Assembly (NCBI GenBank): GCA_963662465.1
Contig: OY759599.1
Location: forward strand, 928,001-992,000
Direction of reading: 5' to 3'
Length of the DNA stretch: 64,000 nt
Source: Desulfatiglandales bacterium
Lineage (GTDB): Bacteria; Desulfobacterota; DSM-4660; Desulfatiglandales; Desulfatiglandaceae
The translations under genes were made by a program, and so were the position numbers. The stretch's first letter is position 1; the number at the start of each line of letters is the position of its first letter. The notes beneath the pieces were generated by a model. The model saw only the letters and a list, made by a program, of their open reading frames with translations. It was not told the DNA's origin and did no database searches. This document shows positions 9,197-18,007 of this stretch, piece after piece.

Positions 9197-11050
9197 TTGT
9201 TGTTAACCGCTTTTGATCTGCTCCTGATGGGTATTTCCCTGGTTATTTTTCTGACAGGCATGGCGAAGCTGAAGCGTTCATGGCGCATGGGGCGTACGGA
9301 AGATTGCGACCGGGATTTGAAAGGCCTCTTCGTTTACCTGCTGGGGCACCGAAAGATCCTTCAGAATCCTCCGAAAGGTATGGCCCATATGCTGGTATTC
9401 TGGGGGTTCCTCTTTTCCCTGTTGATGGGCATTCTGCCCCAGTTCGGGGTTTCGCTGCCGCCGTTTCCGGCAGGGCTGCTGTCTCTTTTGAGCGATCTTT
9501 CGGGACTGGCCCTCTTGCTGGGTCTTGTCTATTTTCTTATAAGGCGGCTCAAAAGCGATGCCCCGACCGGGAGAGTCCTATTGCCCGTGATGCTTCTTCT
9601 GGTGATGGTGTTGAGCGGCTTTCTCGCTGAAGGGGTACGCCTTTCCATCATGGAAACGCAGTGGCACTGGCGCACCCCAGTGGGCGGGTTGCTGGCCCTG
9701 GCCATATGCCCTTCCCCCCTGTTCATGCAGGTCATGATTCGGGTTCATTTCTTTACGTTGCTCATTTTTATTGCCATCCTTCCCTTTTCCTTCATGCGAC
9801 ACCTGATTTCAGGAAGCCTGAATGTGGTCTACCGGCAAAAACGGCCGCGGGGCGCAATGCGGGGGATGGACCTGGAGGACAGGGTCGGCGCTCAATCGGT
9901 CGGAGATTTCACCTGGAAGCAGCTTTTGGATGTGCAGGCCTGTATGTCCTGCGGGCGTTGCGACGAGGCCTGTCCCGCGGCCATATCCGGCAAGCCTCTT
10001 TCCCCCCGTCAGGTCATGGGGGGGATCTATGACCTTGTCTGCAAATCCTCTTCCGCCCCCCTTGAAAATACCGTTTCATCCGATGCCCTGTGGGCCTGTA
10101 CCACCTGTATGGCCTGCGTGGTCCGGTGTCCGGTGTATGCGAGCCCCATGGACAAACTCATGGACTTGAGACGCGCCGAGGTCATGGGGAAGGGCCTTTT
10201 ACCCGAAGCCGCCATGGGCATGATGCGGGATCTGGAAATTTACGGGGATGTGAATGGTAAAGGGTCGGCCCATCGGGAAGACTGGGCCATGCACCTGGGG
10301 GTTCCCCATATATCCGAAGAAGGGTTGGAAATCCTTTTATGGGTGGGATGCTCCGGCGCCTTTCATCCTCGATACCAGGAGACCTGTCGCGCCATGGTGC
10401 GGATTCTTCAGGCGGGCGGGGTGCGCTTCGGTATTCTGGGTCGGGAAGAATCCTGCTGCGGGGATGGGGCCAGGCGGCTGGGAAATGAGACCCTGTTCCA
10501 GACCCTTGCAAAAAAAAATATGGCAGTCTTTAAAAAATACCATATTCAAAAAATTGTCTGTCTCTGCCCCCACGGGTATAATACCCTCAAAAACGAATAT
10601 CCCGGCGATTTTGAAGTTTTTCATGCCGTTCCCTTTGTGCTGGACCTGATCAAACAACAACGAATTGCTCCGAAATATCCGGTGAATAAACGGATGGCCA
10701 TTCACGATCCCTGTTATCTGGGTCGGGTCAACGGGATATACGATTCCTTGAGGGACGCCGCCGCGAGTGTTCCCGGCATTGAACTTCGGGAACTGACGCG
10801 AAACCGGGAAAACGCCCTCTGTTGCGGCGGTGGGGGCGGCCGTATGTGGCTCCATGAGAGCATGGGGCAAAACATCAACCGGCTTCGGGCCGAAGATGTG
10901 GCTGAAGCGGGGGTGAACCTGGTGGCAACCGCCTGTCCTTACTGTCTGACCATGCTGGAAGACGGTATTAACGCACTGGAGATGGAAAATCCTCCCCGGG
11001 TCATGGACCTGGTGGAGATTGTCGATGCCGCCCTGGGTCGGGTCTACTGA
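9197..11050 (+). CDS. Membrane FeS oxidoreductase (NarI-like TM domain, 2x[4Fe-4S], 2 CCG domains; HdrF/ETF:quinone oxidoreductase-like)
   Basis: Multiple TM helices, CMSCGRCDEACP, CTTCMACVVRCP, two CCG motifs and HDPCYLGR; TTG start after GGAGG. Confidence 0.88.
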   Translation: MLLTAFDLLLMGISLVIFLTGMAKLKRSWRMGRTEDCDRDLKGLFVYLLGHRKILQNPPKGMAHMLVFWGFLFSLLMGILPQFGVSLPPFPAGLLSLLSDLSGLALLLGLVYFLIRRLKSDAPTGRVLLPVMLLLVMVLSGFLAEGVRLSIMETQWHWRTPVGGLLALAICPSPLFMQVMIRVHFFTLLIFIAILPFSFMRHLISGSLNVVYRQKRPRGAMRGMDLEDRVGAQSVGDFTWKQLLDVQACMSCGRCDEACPAAISGKPLSPRQVMGGIYDLVCKSSSAPLENTVSSDALWACTTCMACVVRCPVYASPMDKLMDLRRAEVMGKGLLPEAAMGMMRDLEIYGDVNGKGSAHREDWAMHLGVPHISEEGLEILLWVGCSGAFHPRYQETCRAMVRILQAGGVRFGILGREESCCGDGARRLGNETLFQTLAKKNMAVFKKYHIQKIVCLCPHGYNTLKNEYPGDFEVFHAVPFVLDLIKQQRIAPKYPVNKRMAIHDPCYLGRVNGIYDSLRDAAASVPGIELRELTRNRENALCCGGGGGRMWLHESMGQNINRLRAEDVAEAGVNLVATACPYCLTMLEDGINALEMENPPRVMDLVEIVDAALGRVY

Positions 11051-11940
11051 TGGGCAAAAGGGATATTATGCGAATTATCGTTTGCGTCAAGCAGATCGCT
11101 CATACCTACGCCAGAACCGGAAAAGAGACTGACCGGAACTATCTGTCCTCTGACGATGTGGTGTTCCGGATTAACCCTTATGATGAACTGGCCGTAGGCG
11201 CCGCGTTGCATGCCAGAGACCTGGCGGGCGGCGGCCACATCAGCCTGCTGACCCTGGGACCCATCATTGCGGAGGCGGAACTGAGAAGATGTATGGCCCT
11301 GGGGGCGGATGAGTTGTACCAGATCCATATGGACGCGAAATTAGATCCGTGGCAAAAGTCCGTTTTTCTGGCCCAAGCCATTGAGAAAATCGGCGCCGAT
11401 CTGGTACTCTGCGGCAAGGAAAGCCTGGATACCCGAAACGGGCAGGTGGGCGCTTTGCTGGGGTGCCACCTGAACCGGCCTTTTATTGCCGGCATACGGG
11501 ATTTTCATGGGGTATCGAAGAAAGACGGTTTCCTGGTTGAGCGGAGTGCGGGCCGGGGAAAACGGGAAAGGGTCAAATGTATGTTGCCGGCCGTGTGCAG
11601 CGTGGATGCGGGCGGTATTCTGTTGCCGGTTCCCACCTGTGATGCAATGGAAAAAAGTCAAACCCTCCCGGTTCAAAAACTGATATTCGGTGAAAATGCG
11701 GTTCGTCCCAAGGTCGTCCGCATGAGCCTCTATCCGCCCCGTCCCCGCCCGAAGGCTCCGTCTCCCCCGGATAGCCGGCTTCAATCTTATGATCGGACAA
11801 GACAGCTTTTGACCGGCAGCCGCGTTGAAAAAAAGGGCGAGATGCTGACGGGAAGTTTTGGCGCCCAGGTGGAGGGGCTCATCTCTTTCCTTCAATCCAA
11901 CGATTTCCTGGAATCCCCAGAGAAAAAATCCGGGGGTTGA
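11050..11940 (+). CDS. etfB: Electron transfer flavoprotein beta subunit
   Basis: IIVCVKQI, INPYDELAV, MALGAD and DLVLCGKESLD..GQVG. Confidence 0.9.
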   Translation: MGKRDIMRIIVCVKQIAHTYARTGKETDRNYLSSDDVVFRINPYDELAVGAALHARDLAGGGHISLLTLGPIIAEAELRRCMALGADELYQIHMDAKLDPWQKSVFLAQAIEKIGADLVLCGKESLDTRNGQVGALLGCHLNRPFIAGIRDFHGVSKKDGFLVERSAGRGKRERVKCMLPAVCSVDAGGILLPVPTCDAMEKSQTLPVQKLIFGENAVRPKVVRMSLYPPRPRPKAPSPPDSRLQSYDRTRQLLTGSRVEKKGEMLTGSFGAQVEGLISFLQSNDFLESPEKKSGG

Positions 11941-11947
11941 TCGTTTG

Positions 11948-13435
11948 ATGCAAGGGCAATGGCAACCCCCCCTCGGCTACCGTCTGGCCAAAGGCGTTAC
12001 CCGGCATGAAAAAAATGACGGAATTTTTCTGCTCCTGGGTTTCCCCCTCAAAAGCCTCTCCCTTCATCCCGCGTGGAAGGGTATTATCCGCTGCCTGTCC
12101 GGACGCGATTACGTGGCCTTTCAGCAACTACTCCCCCTGATTGAAAACGTGGATGCCGATCGGGTGGAATCTATGCTGAACGATCTGGTGCTAAAAGGTT
12201 TCCTGGAGCAGCAGGGTATTCCGGCCCTTTCCGAATTGCCGATGGTATCCATTATCATCCCGGTCAGGAATCGGCCCGAAGAGATCAGCGCATGCCTCAA
12301 ATCCCTGGAAGATCTGGATTACCCGGCAAACCGACTTGAAACCATCGTGGTGGACGACGCTTCAACGGACCACACACCGGAAATTGTATCCGGATTTCCG
12401 GTTCGTCTCATTCGTCTTGAAAATAATCAGCAGGCCCCCTTTTGTCGTAACCTGGCTGCCGGGGAAGCCAAAGGTGAGATCCTGGCCTTCGTGGACTCCG
12501 ATTGCCTGGTGGATCCGCTTTGGTTAAAAGAGCTTCTGCCCACGTTCAAGGCTGCGTCCGTGGGCGCCGTGGGCGGCAGAGTTGCGTCATATTTCAACAC
12601 ATCGGGGCTGGATTGTTACGAAGCGGCGAACTCTTCTCTGATCATGGGGCGGCATGCCATGCGGTCCCAGGAAAGAGATACCGCCTTTTACGTGCCTTCC
12701 TGCAACCTGCTGGTGAGGCGAAGTTTATTTCTGGGAATGGATGGGTTCCGGGAAGAACTGGTGGTGGGGGAGGATGTGGATCTTTGCTGGCGAATACAGG
12801 ACCATGGTCTTCATGTGGCGTTTCAACCCGTGGGAAAGGTTTTCCACAAACACCGGAACCGCCTGATCCCGTTTTGCGGGAGACGGTTTGATTACGGCAC
12901 CTCTGAGCCGCTGCTTCAGAAACTGCACAAAAAGAGAAGCAAGAAAATGGTCTTTCCCGTGGGGGGATCTTTTTTTCTGGCTTTGGGAATCCTTGCCATG
13001 ATGACGGCCTCTCCCATGTTGCTGATTCCATGTGGTGCCATATCCATTGGGGATGCTTTGAACCGGTGGTGCATTGTTAGAAAAAAGGGTGTGCCGGTGG
13101 GCGTCATGTCCATTCTGCTTGCGGTTTTAAGGGAGTATTTTTCTTTTGCCTATCATTTATGCGCTTTTGCATCCCGGTATTATCTGATTTGGGCTATTTT
13201 GCTTTTACCCCTTTTCCAGACGGCTTCAATGGTCATTATGACCATGCACCTGGTTGTGGGAATCGTGGGCTATGTCATCAAAAAGCCTCAGCTGAATCCT
13301 TTTTCTTTTCTATTTTACTTCACCCTTGACCAGCTTTCCTACCAGTCTGGCGTCTGGTGGGGATGTTTCAGGCATCGCGCTTTCGGGTCGGTGAATCCAA
13401 AACTGGTTTGGTCGGCATTTTCCGGGAAAAGTTGA
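11948..13435 (+). CDS. mftF: Mycofactocin GT2 glycosyltransferase
   Basis: VSIIIPVRNR, VVDDAS, AFVDSDC, YVPSCNLLVRR, GEDVDLCWR and DYGTSE..L; C-terminal TM segments; mft context. Confidence 0.87.
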   Translation: MQGQWQPPLGYRLAKGVTRHEKNDGIFLLLGFPLKSLSLHPAWKGIIRCLSGRDYVAFQQLLPLIENVDADRVESMLNDLVLKGFLEQQGIPALSELPMVSIIIPVRNRPEEISACLKSLEDLDYPANRLETIVVDDASTDHTPEIVSGFPVRLIRLENNQQAPFCRNLAAGEAKGEILAFVDSDCLVDPLWLKELLPTFKAASVGAVGGRVASYFNTSGLDCYEAANSSLIMGRHAMRSQERDTAFYVPSCNLLVRRSLFLGMDGFREELVVGEDVDLCWRIQDHGLHVAFQPVGKVFHKHRNRLIPFCGRRFDYGTSEPLLQKLHKKRSKKMVFPVGGSFFLALGILAMMTASPMLLIPCGAISIGDALNRWCIVRKKGVPVGVMSILLAVLREYFSFAYHLCAFASRYYLIWAILLLPLFQTASMVIMTMHLVVGIVGYVIKKPQLNPFSFLFYFTLDQLSYQSGVWWGCFRHRAFGSVNPKLVWSAFSGKS

Positions 13436-13461
13436 ATCAAAATGGATGATAGGAGAAACCG

Positions 13462-14610
13462 ATGAGTGATTCTCTCTTGAAACTAGCAGGGCATCTGGCA
13501 TTGAACGGCCTTCGTTTCCAATATCTTAAACGAACCGGACATCCCGGAAAACCGCAGGCTTTAAGCCTTGAGGTGACGCATCATTGCATTGCAAAGTGTA
13601 TGATGTGCAACATCTGGAAAATTCCCAATTATGTGAAGGATCTGCCGTTGGCTCACTGGGTCAATCTCCTGTCATCAAATCTATTTTCGGATTTGAGAGA
13701 ATTGGATATTACCGGCGGCGAGCCGTTTCTGCGAAAAGACCTTCCCGATCTTTTGGGTGAAATTTGTCGTTTGAAGAATGAAAATCTTCGTAAACTCAGA
13801 AGCATCGCGGTGACCACCAACGGCCTGCTGACCGAACGCGTACCGGATGCCGTCGAAACCATTCTCAAAGACCTGAAAGTGGCTGGTTTGGATCTGGTGG
13901 TGGTATGCGCCATGGACGGCATCGGGGACATCCATGACCGCATCAGGAATTTCAAGGATGCATGGAAAAAGGTCAATGAAACAATTCAGAGGCTGAAAGA
14001 ACTGCGCAAGTCATATCCCAACCTGATTATCGGTCTAAAAACAACCATTTTGCCCATCAATGTGGACGCATTGGCGGACATCTCCCGTTATGCAAATGAA
14101 AACGGGCTGTTTACCATCATCTCCCCCTGTATTATTACCCGGGAGCGCTACTTGAACCCGGATCGGGCTGTCGATCTGGTGTTTACCGAGGAAATGAAAC
14201 AGAAGGCGGCGGACTTTTTCAGAACCGATCTTTCCCGCTGGAGCTATCATGCGGAGGCCCTGGTTCGATATTTTGAAACAGGCGTTATGGAAAAACCTTG
14301 TACCTGCGGATTTAACTATTTCTTTGTGCGAAGTACGGGGCGGGTGTTACTATGTCCCCTCATCGACAGCAGTCCCGGCAACATTCAAGATCAATCCGTG
14401 GACGATATTTTCCGGTCGGAAGAGGCGTTCCGCATACGCCGGAGAATCGGCTGTTATCCCGAATGCCGCCAATGTACGGAACCCGGGCTTGAGCGCTATG
14501 CTCTGCCATATGAAGGGTTCAAATATCTTTCCATGCTTTTGAAAGAGGGAAAAGATTCATTCTTGAGTTTACACCAGCATATGGGGCTTGGGAAATATTT
14601 TGGGTCATGA
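13462..14610 (+). CDS. Second radical SAM protein with a C-terminal Cys-rich (Twitch/SPASM-like) domain
   Basis: CIAKCMMC, ITGGEPFLR and C-terminal CTCG..C..CRQC; last gene of the mft operon. Confidence 0.88.
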   Translation: MSDSLLKLAGHLALNGLRFQYLKRTGHPGKPQALSLEVTHHCIAKCMMCNIWKIPNYVKDLPLAHWVNLLSSNLFSDLRELDITGGEPFLRKDLPDLLGEICRLKNENLRKLRSIAVTTNGLLTERVPDAVETILKDLKVAGLDLVVVCAMDGIGDIHDRIRNFKDAWKKVNETIQRLKELRKSYPNLIIGLKTTILPINVDALADISRYANENGLFTIISPCIITRERYLNPDRAVDLVFTEEMKQKAADFFRTDLSRWSYHAEALVRYFETGVMEKPCTCGFNYFFVRSTGRVLLCPLIDSSPGNIQDQSVDDIFRSEEAFRIRRRIGCYPECRQCTEPGLERYALPYEGFKYLSMLLKEGKDSFLSLHQHMGLGKYFGS

Positions 14611-15333
14611 GATAATTTCAACGGGCAGCCTGATTACAAATTTTGCGCCTTTGCCGGGGCTTGATTCAACGGTCATTTCGCCCGAATGGTTTTCGGTGAT
14701 AATAAAATAGGATACGCTCAGTCCAAGGCCGGTGCCCACGCCCACGGGTTTGGTGGTATAAAAGGGTTCGAAAACCCGCTTGCGGGTGGTTTCATTCATG
14801 CCGGGTCCGTTGTCCTCAATTTCCATGCAAACCCTTTTGCGCTCTTTTTCGAACCGTGTTCGGATAATCAATCGAGGCTTCCCGATTCCCCCTTCCTGCA
14901 TGGCCTGGGCGCCGTTGCGCAGGACGTTGAGCAAAACCTGCTGGATCTTGGCCCCCTCACAGGGCACGAGGGGCAGATTGTTTTCATACTCTTTTTTAAC
15001 CGTAATGCGTTTAAAGTCGTACTGCTTTTTCAAGTCATAGTTGGTAGCGGCCAGTTCCAGTGTTTTTTCAATGAGGTCCGTGAGATCTTGGGAAGATGCG
15101 GCAGCCTCGCTCTTGCGGGCAAAACTGAGCATGTTGCTCACAATGGAGACGATTCGACGGCCTGATCCCATGATGGTCGTAATCATGGCGGGGATGCCCC
15201 TGGCCTCCATGAAATTTCGAATGGTTTCCATGGTGACGCCTGCCGCTTCCGCGGCCTTGAGATTGGCAGGCATGTTTATGCTTTTGTACAGGCGGTTTGC
15301 CATAACATCGGCATTCTGCATGATGCTGGCCAG
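14605..15333 (-). pseudogene. C-terminal fragment of a sensor histidine kinase (HATPase domain)
   Basis: N box NVLRNGAQAM, DNGPG, FEPFYTTK and GTGLGL are present; the sequence begins at LASIMQNA, just after where the phospho-His would lie. Confidence 0.8.
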
Positions 15334-15472
15334 CCTTGATGGGCATATTGAAAAAATACCGCCCCACCACATCCGCCGCACCCAGGAACATCAGCCCCAT
15401 CAACAACGCCATCCCAATATAGCAGAGAACGTTGTTGATGCCACGAATCCCCTTTTCCAATGTCTGGATCAT
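15334..15472 (-). pseudogene. dctQ: N-terminal fragment of a TRAP small permease
   Basis: First TM helix plus ADVVGRYFFNMPIK, coupled to the dctP stop, then an abrupt switch into kinase sequence. Confidence 0.8.
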
Positions 15473-16500
15473 TTTATGAACGGCTCCTTTACGCCGGCTT
15501 CCTGAAGAATGGTATAGAGTTCATCCAGGGCCTTTTTTCCGGGCAGTCTCTTTTTCTCCATATCTTGCTCCCAATTATCAAAAAGGGGCTTCAACCGAAG
15601 ATTGATGGCTTTCAAATCCTTGGGGACCAGCATCTTGGCGTTGGCTTTTTTCATCATATTGATGCCCACCTGATTAAATCCGTGGTGAACGGCGCCCATG
15701 AGTGTGGAATACTTCTCGGCGTTTTGGTTGAGAACGTCCTTTGCCGCCTGGGGGAGTTTATCATAAGTGTTTTGATTCATGACAATGGCAAAGGTAAACG
15801 CACTCACATTTAATTCCGTTACGGTTTTGCACACTTCATTGAGTTTGAATACCGGCACGGCCGGCCATGTCTGCAATATGCCGTCGATGGTGCCTCGTTC
15901 AATGGCCATATAAGATTCCGCCGGACTGATGCTCACGGGAATGCCGCCGAGGGCTTCCGTCATTTTGGTCCACGGTCCACCGGGGCACCGGATTTTCTTC
16001 CCTTTAAACCCTTCCAATGTGTCGATTTCATCCTTGCTCCATAGGAAATTATAGGGCGCCGTCGTGCCCACGCAGATTACTTTCACCCCTTCGAATTGTT
16101 TGTTAAGATACCCCCGCTTCCAGAGTTCATAATGGGCCTTTGTGGCAACCTGGTTGTCGGGAAAATGAATGGGAAGACCCAGCATTTCGGAAAAAGGGAA
16201 CCTTCCGGGTGTATAGGGCAGTCCCACATAGGCCATATCGCAAATGCCCATTTCAACGGCATCATAATAATCCTGGGGTTTCCCCAACGCCTTGAAGGAA
16301 AGTTCCGTCTTTACTGTCCCCTTGGAGGCCTTCTCCAGGTCGGCGGCAATGGTTTTAAGGACTTTTGTATTGGGATCTTTCGGTACATTCCAGCTTGCGA
16401 TGTGTATTTTCATGGTTTTAGCTTCCACCGAGACACAGAACATGGCAGACAATAGGCACACCGCGATCACAAAAAATAACTTCATGCTGAGCTGTTTCAT
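15469..16500 (-). CDS. dctP: TRAP transporter substrate-binding protein
   Basis: Signal peptide, YTPGRFP, FKGKKIR..G, ALGGIPV and YMAIERGTIDG. Confidence 0.9.
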   Translation of the reverse strand: MKQLSMKLFFVIAVCLLSAMFCVSVEAKTMKIHIASWNVPKDPNTKVLKTIAADLEKASKGTVKTELSFKALGKPQDYYDAVEMGICDMAYVGLPYTPGRFPFSEMLGLPIHFPDNQVATKAHYELWKRGYLNKQFEGVKVICVGTTAPYNFLWSKDEIDTLEGFKGKKIRCPGGPWTKMTEALGGIPVSISPAESYMAIERGTIDGILQTWPAVPVFKLNEVCKTVTELNVSAFTFAIVMNQNTYDKLPQAAKDVLNQNAEKYSTLMGAVHHGFNQVGINMMKKANAKMLVPKDLKAINLRLKPLFDNWEQDMEKKRLPGKKALDELYTILQEAGVKEPFIK

Positions 16501-16761
16501 TGCACACCTCCATTGGGAAAAAATAAGGGATTTAAAAAATGTACTAACCGTTCACCATATGTATGAAATTTAGTATTTCTTTGTCAAGTTTTTTTTGCAG
16601 TCAATATGTGAATATTTAAATATAAATAAATCGATGTCTTATAAGAGTAAAGGCCATGATTTTACGCCGATTCATATGCATGGATAAGCGTGTTGATACA
16701 AAATTTAAACCTTAATCTCTTATGCTTTGACAATTTTTATGGCGGAATCCTGCTATTTCCC

Positions 16762-16792
16762 TTGACAAAAAAACTTACTGTTCAGTATGTTT
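16762..16792 (+). promoter_or_regulatory. Putative sigma70 promoter overlapped by a palindromic operator
   Basis: TTGACA (16762) then 18 nt then TATGTT; imperfect palindrome aaacttactg-tt-cagtatgttt at 16771-16792. Confidence 0.6.
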
Positions 16793-16834
16793 TAATGAAA
16801 CTCGCAGAAGAGAGATAAAAGTTGGAGATATGAT

Positions 16835-17437
16835 ATGAGTACGGCCAAAAAGAAAAAAACCGAGCAAAAACTCCTGAAGGCGGCTTTGTCGCTTTTTGTC
16901 CGAAAGGGCTATAATGGAACGAGTGTTGATGAAATTACCCGAACGGCGGAAGTGACCAAGGGCGCCCTTTACGGTCACTTCAAGAGCAAAGCGGATTTGG
17001 TACTCAAGCTGATCGATGAATTTAAAGCCCGGTTCGTTCACGAGATGATTGAATCTACCGAACGTGAAAAGTTAAACGCGCTCGGTAAACTTCACAAGAT
17101 CCTGACGTATAATGCCCGGCTGGTGCTTGAAGACCAGGCCCTGTGCGTTTTGCCGACATTTATGACATTTGAACTCAAGGAACATGACAAATTTGAGATT
17201 GCCTTAAAGAATGTTTATCAGGAATATAAGGTCTATATTACAAAAATAATTGAACAGGGGCAAAAAGAAGGCGACTTCAAACAAGATCTTGATCCTGAAC
17301 TGGCGGCATTGGTCTTCATGAGCCTCCATGACGGCATCCTTCACCAATGGATATTAAACCAGGAGGTTGTTGAAGGCAAAGAGTTCGTGAAGACCTTTCG
17401 GAAAATATTTTTTGAGGGTCTGCAAAATACAGTGTGA
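16835..17437 (+). CDS. TetR/AcrR-family regulator
   Basis: ALSLFVRKGYNGTSVDEITRTAEVTKGALYGHFKSK helix-turn-helix. Confidence 0.93.
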   Translation: MSTAKKKKTEQKLLKAALSLFVRKGYNGTSVDEITRTAEVTKGALYGHFKSKADLVLKLIDEFKARFVHEMIESTEREKLNALGKLHKILTYNARLVLEDQALCVLPTFMTFELKEHDKFEIALKNVYQEYKVYITKIIEQGQKEGDFKQDLDPELAALVFMSLHDGILHQWILNQEVVEGKEFVKTFRKIFFEGLQNTV

Positions 17438-17557
17438 GACACCCGGGAGTTTGGATGACGCGTTACGCTTAAAACAGGTGGTTGAATGGGCATGATTGAC
17501 GTACCTGGCTACACCGTCAAAAAAGAGATCTACAGGGGATCCGAATGGGTCTTACAT

Positions 17558-17793
17558 TGAATGTCACGTGGGAAATCACCCTGAAATACAATCTCCACTG
17601 TGTTCACTGCCTTTCGGACGCGGGGATTCCCTCCAAAGACGAAAGGGGCATGATGTGTCTGTTTACGAAAAGGCGGTCCGCCCTTGGTGTGGAATGTGTG
17701 GGACATAATGGCGGAAAACTACCCCATGGACCAAAAGGTTCTTTTTTGAGTTTACACCATCATATGGGGCTTGAAAAATATTTTGGGTCATGA
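17558..17793 (+). pseudogene. Mosaic relic of a second mft operon (mftC piece, two OYE1 pieces, 3' end of the second radical SAM)
   Basis: Collinear nucleotide matches to 1741-1826, 4717-4748, 4969-~5040 and ~14564-14610. Confidence 0.88.
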
Positions 17794-17884
17794 GCGAAGA
17801 GGCGTGATAAAAACTTCTAAATGATTGAGTTCTGGAAAGTCTTCCGCTTTAAGTTGGCAGCCTGGCGTGCAATGCGGATTCCCA

Positions 17885-17914
17885 TTGACAATTCATCTCT
17901 CCAGCCTGTAAATT
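17885..17914 (+). promoter_or_regulatory. Putative sigma70 promoter of the Tim44-domain gene
   Basis: TTGACA at 17885 then 18 nt then TAAATT. Confidence 0.4.
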
Positions 17915-18007
17915 CACAAGAAAAAATGCAGACTGATGGCCATTGGGGACTGAGAGTGATTGCACGGAAAAATGTTTTTCACAAGTGAGGAATTTCAAGG
18001 AGCTAAA

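Noticed and set aside
9197..11050. True heterodisulfide reductase or methanogenesis function
   Set aside because: The ETF context and the absence of hdrA or methanogenesis genes favour an ETF-linked oxidoreductase.
17558..17793. Diversity-generating retroelement template/variable repeat
   Set aside because: The mismatches are not adenine-specific and are mostly synonymous, and there is no reverse transcriptase in the window.
17545..17793. The 82-aa track ORF as a real protein
   Set aside because: It is a chance open frame over fragments of different genes; the OYE pieces are out of their native frame and the first radical SAM Cys is lost.
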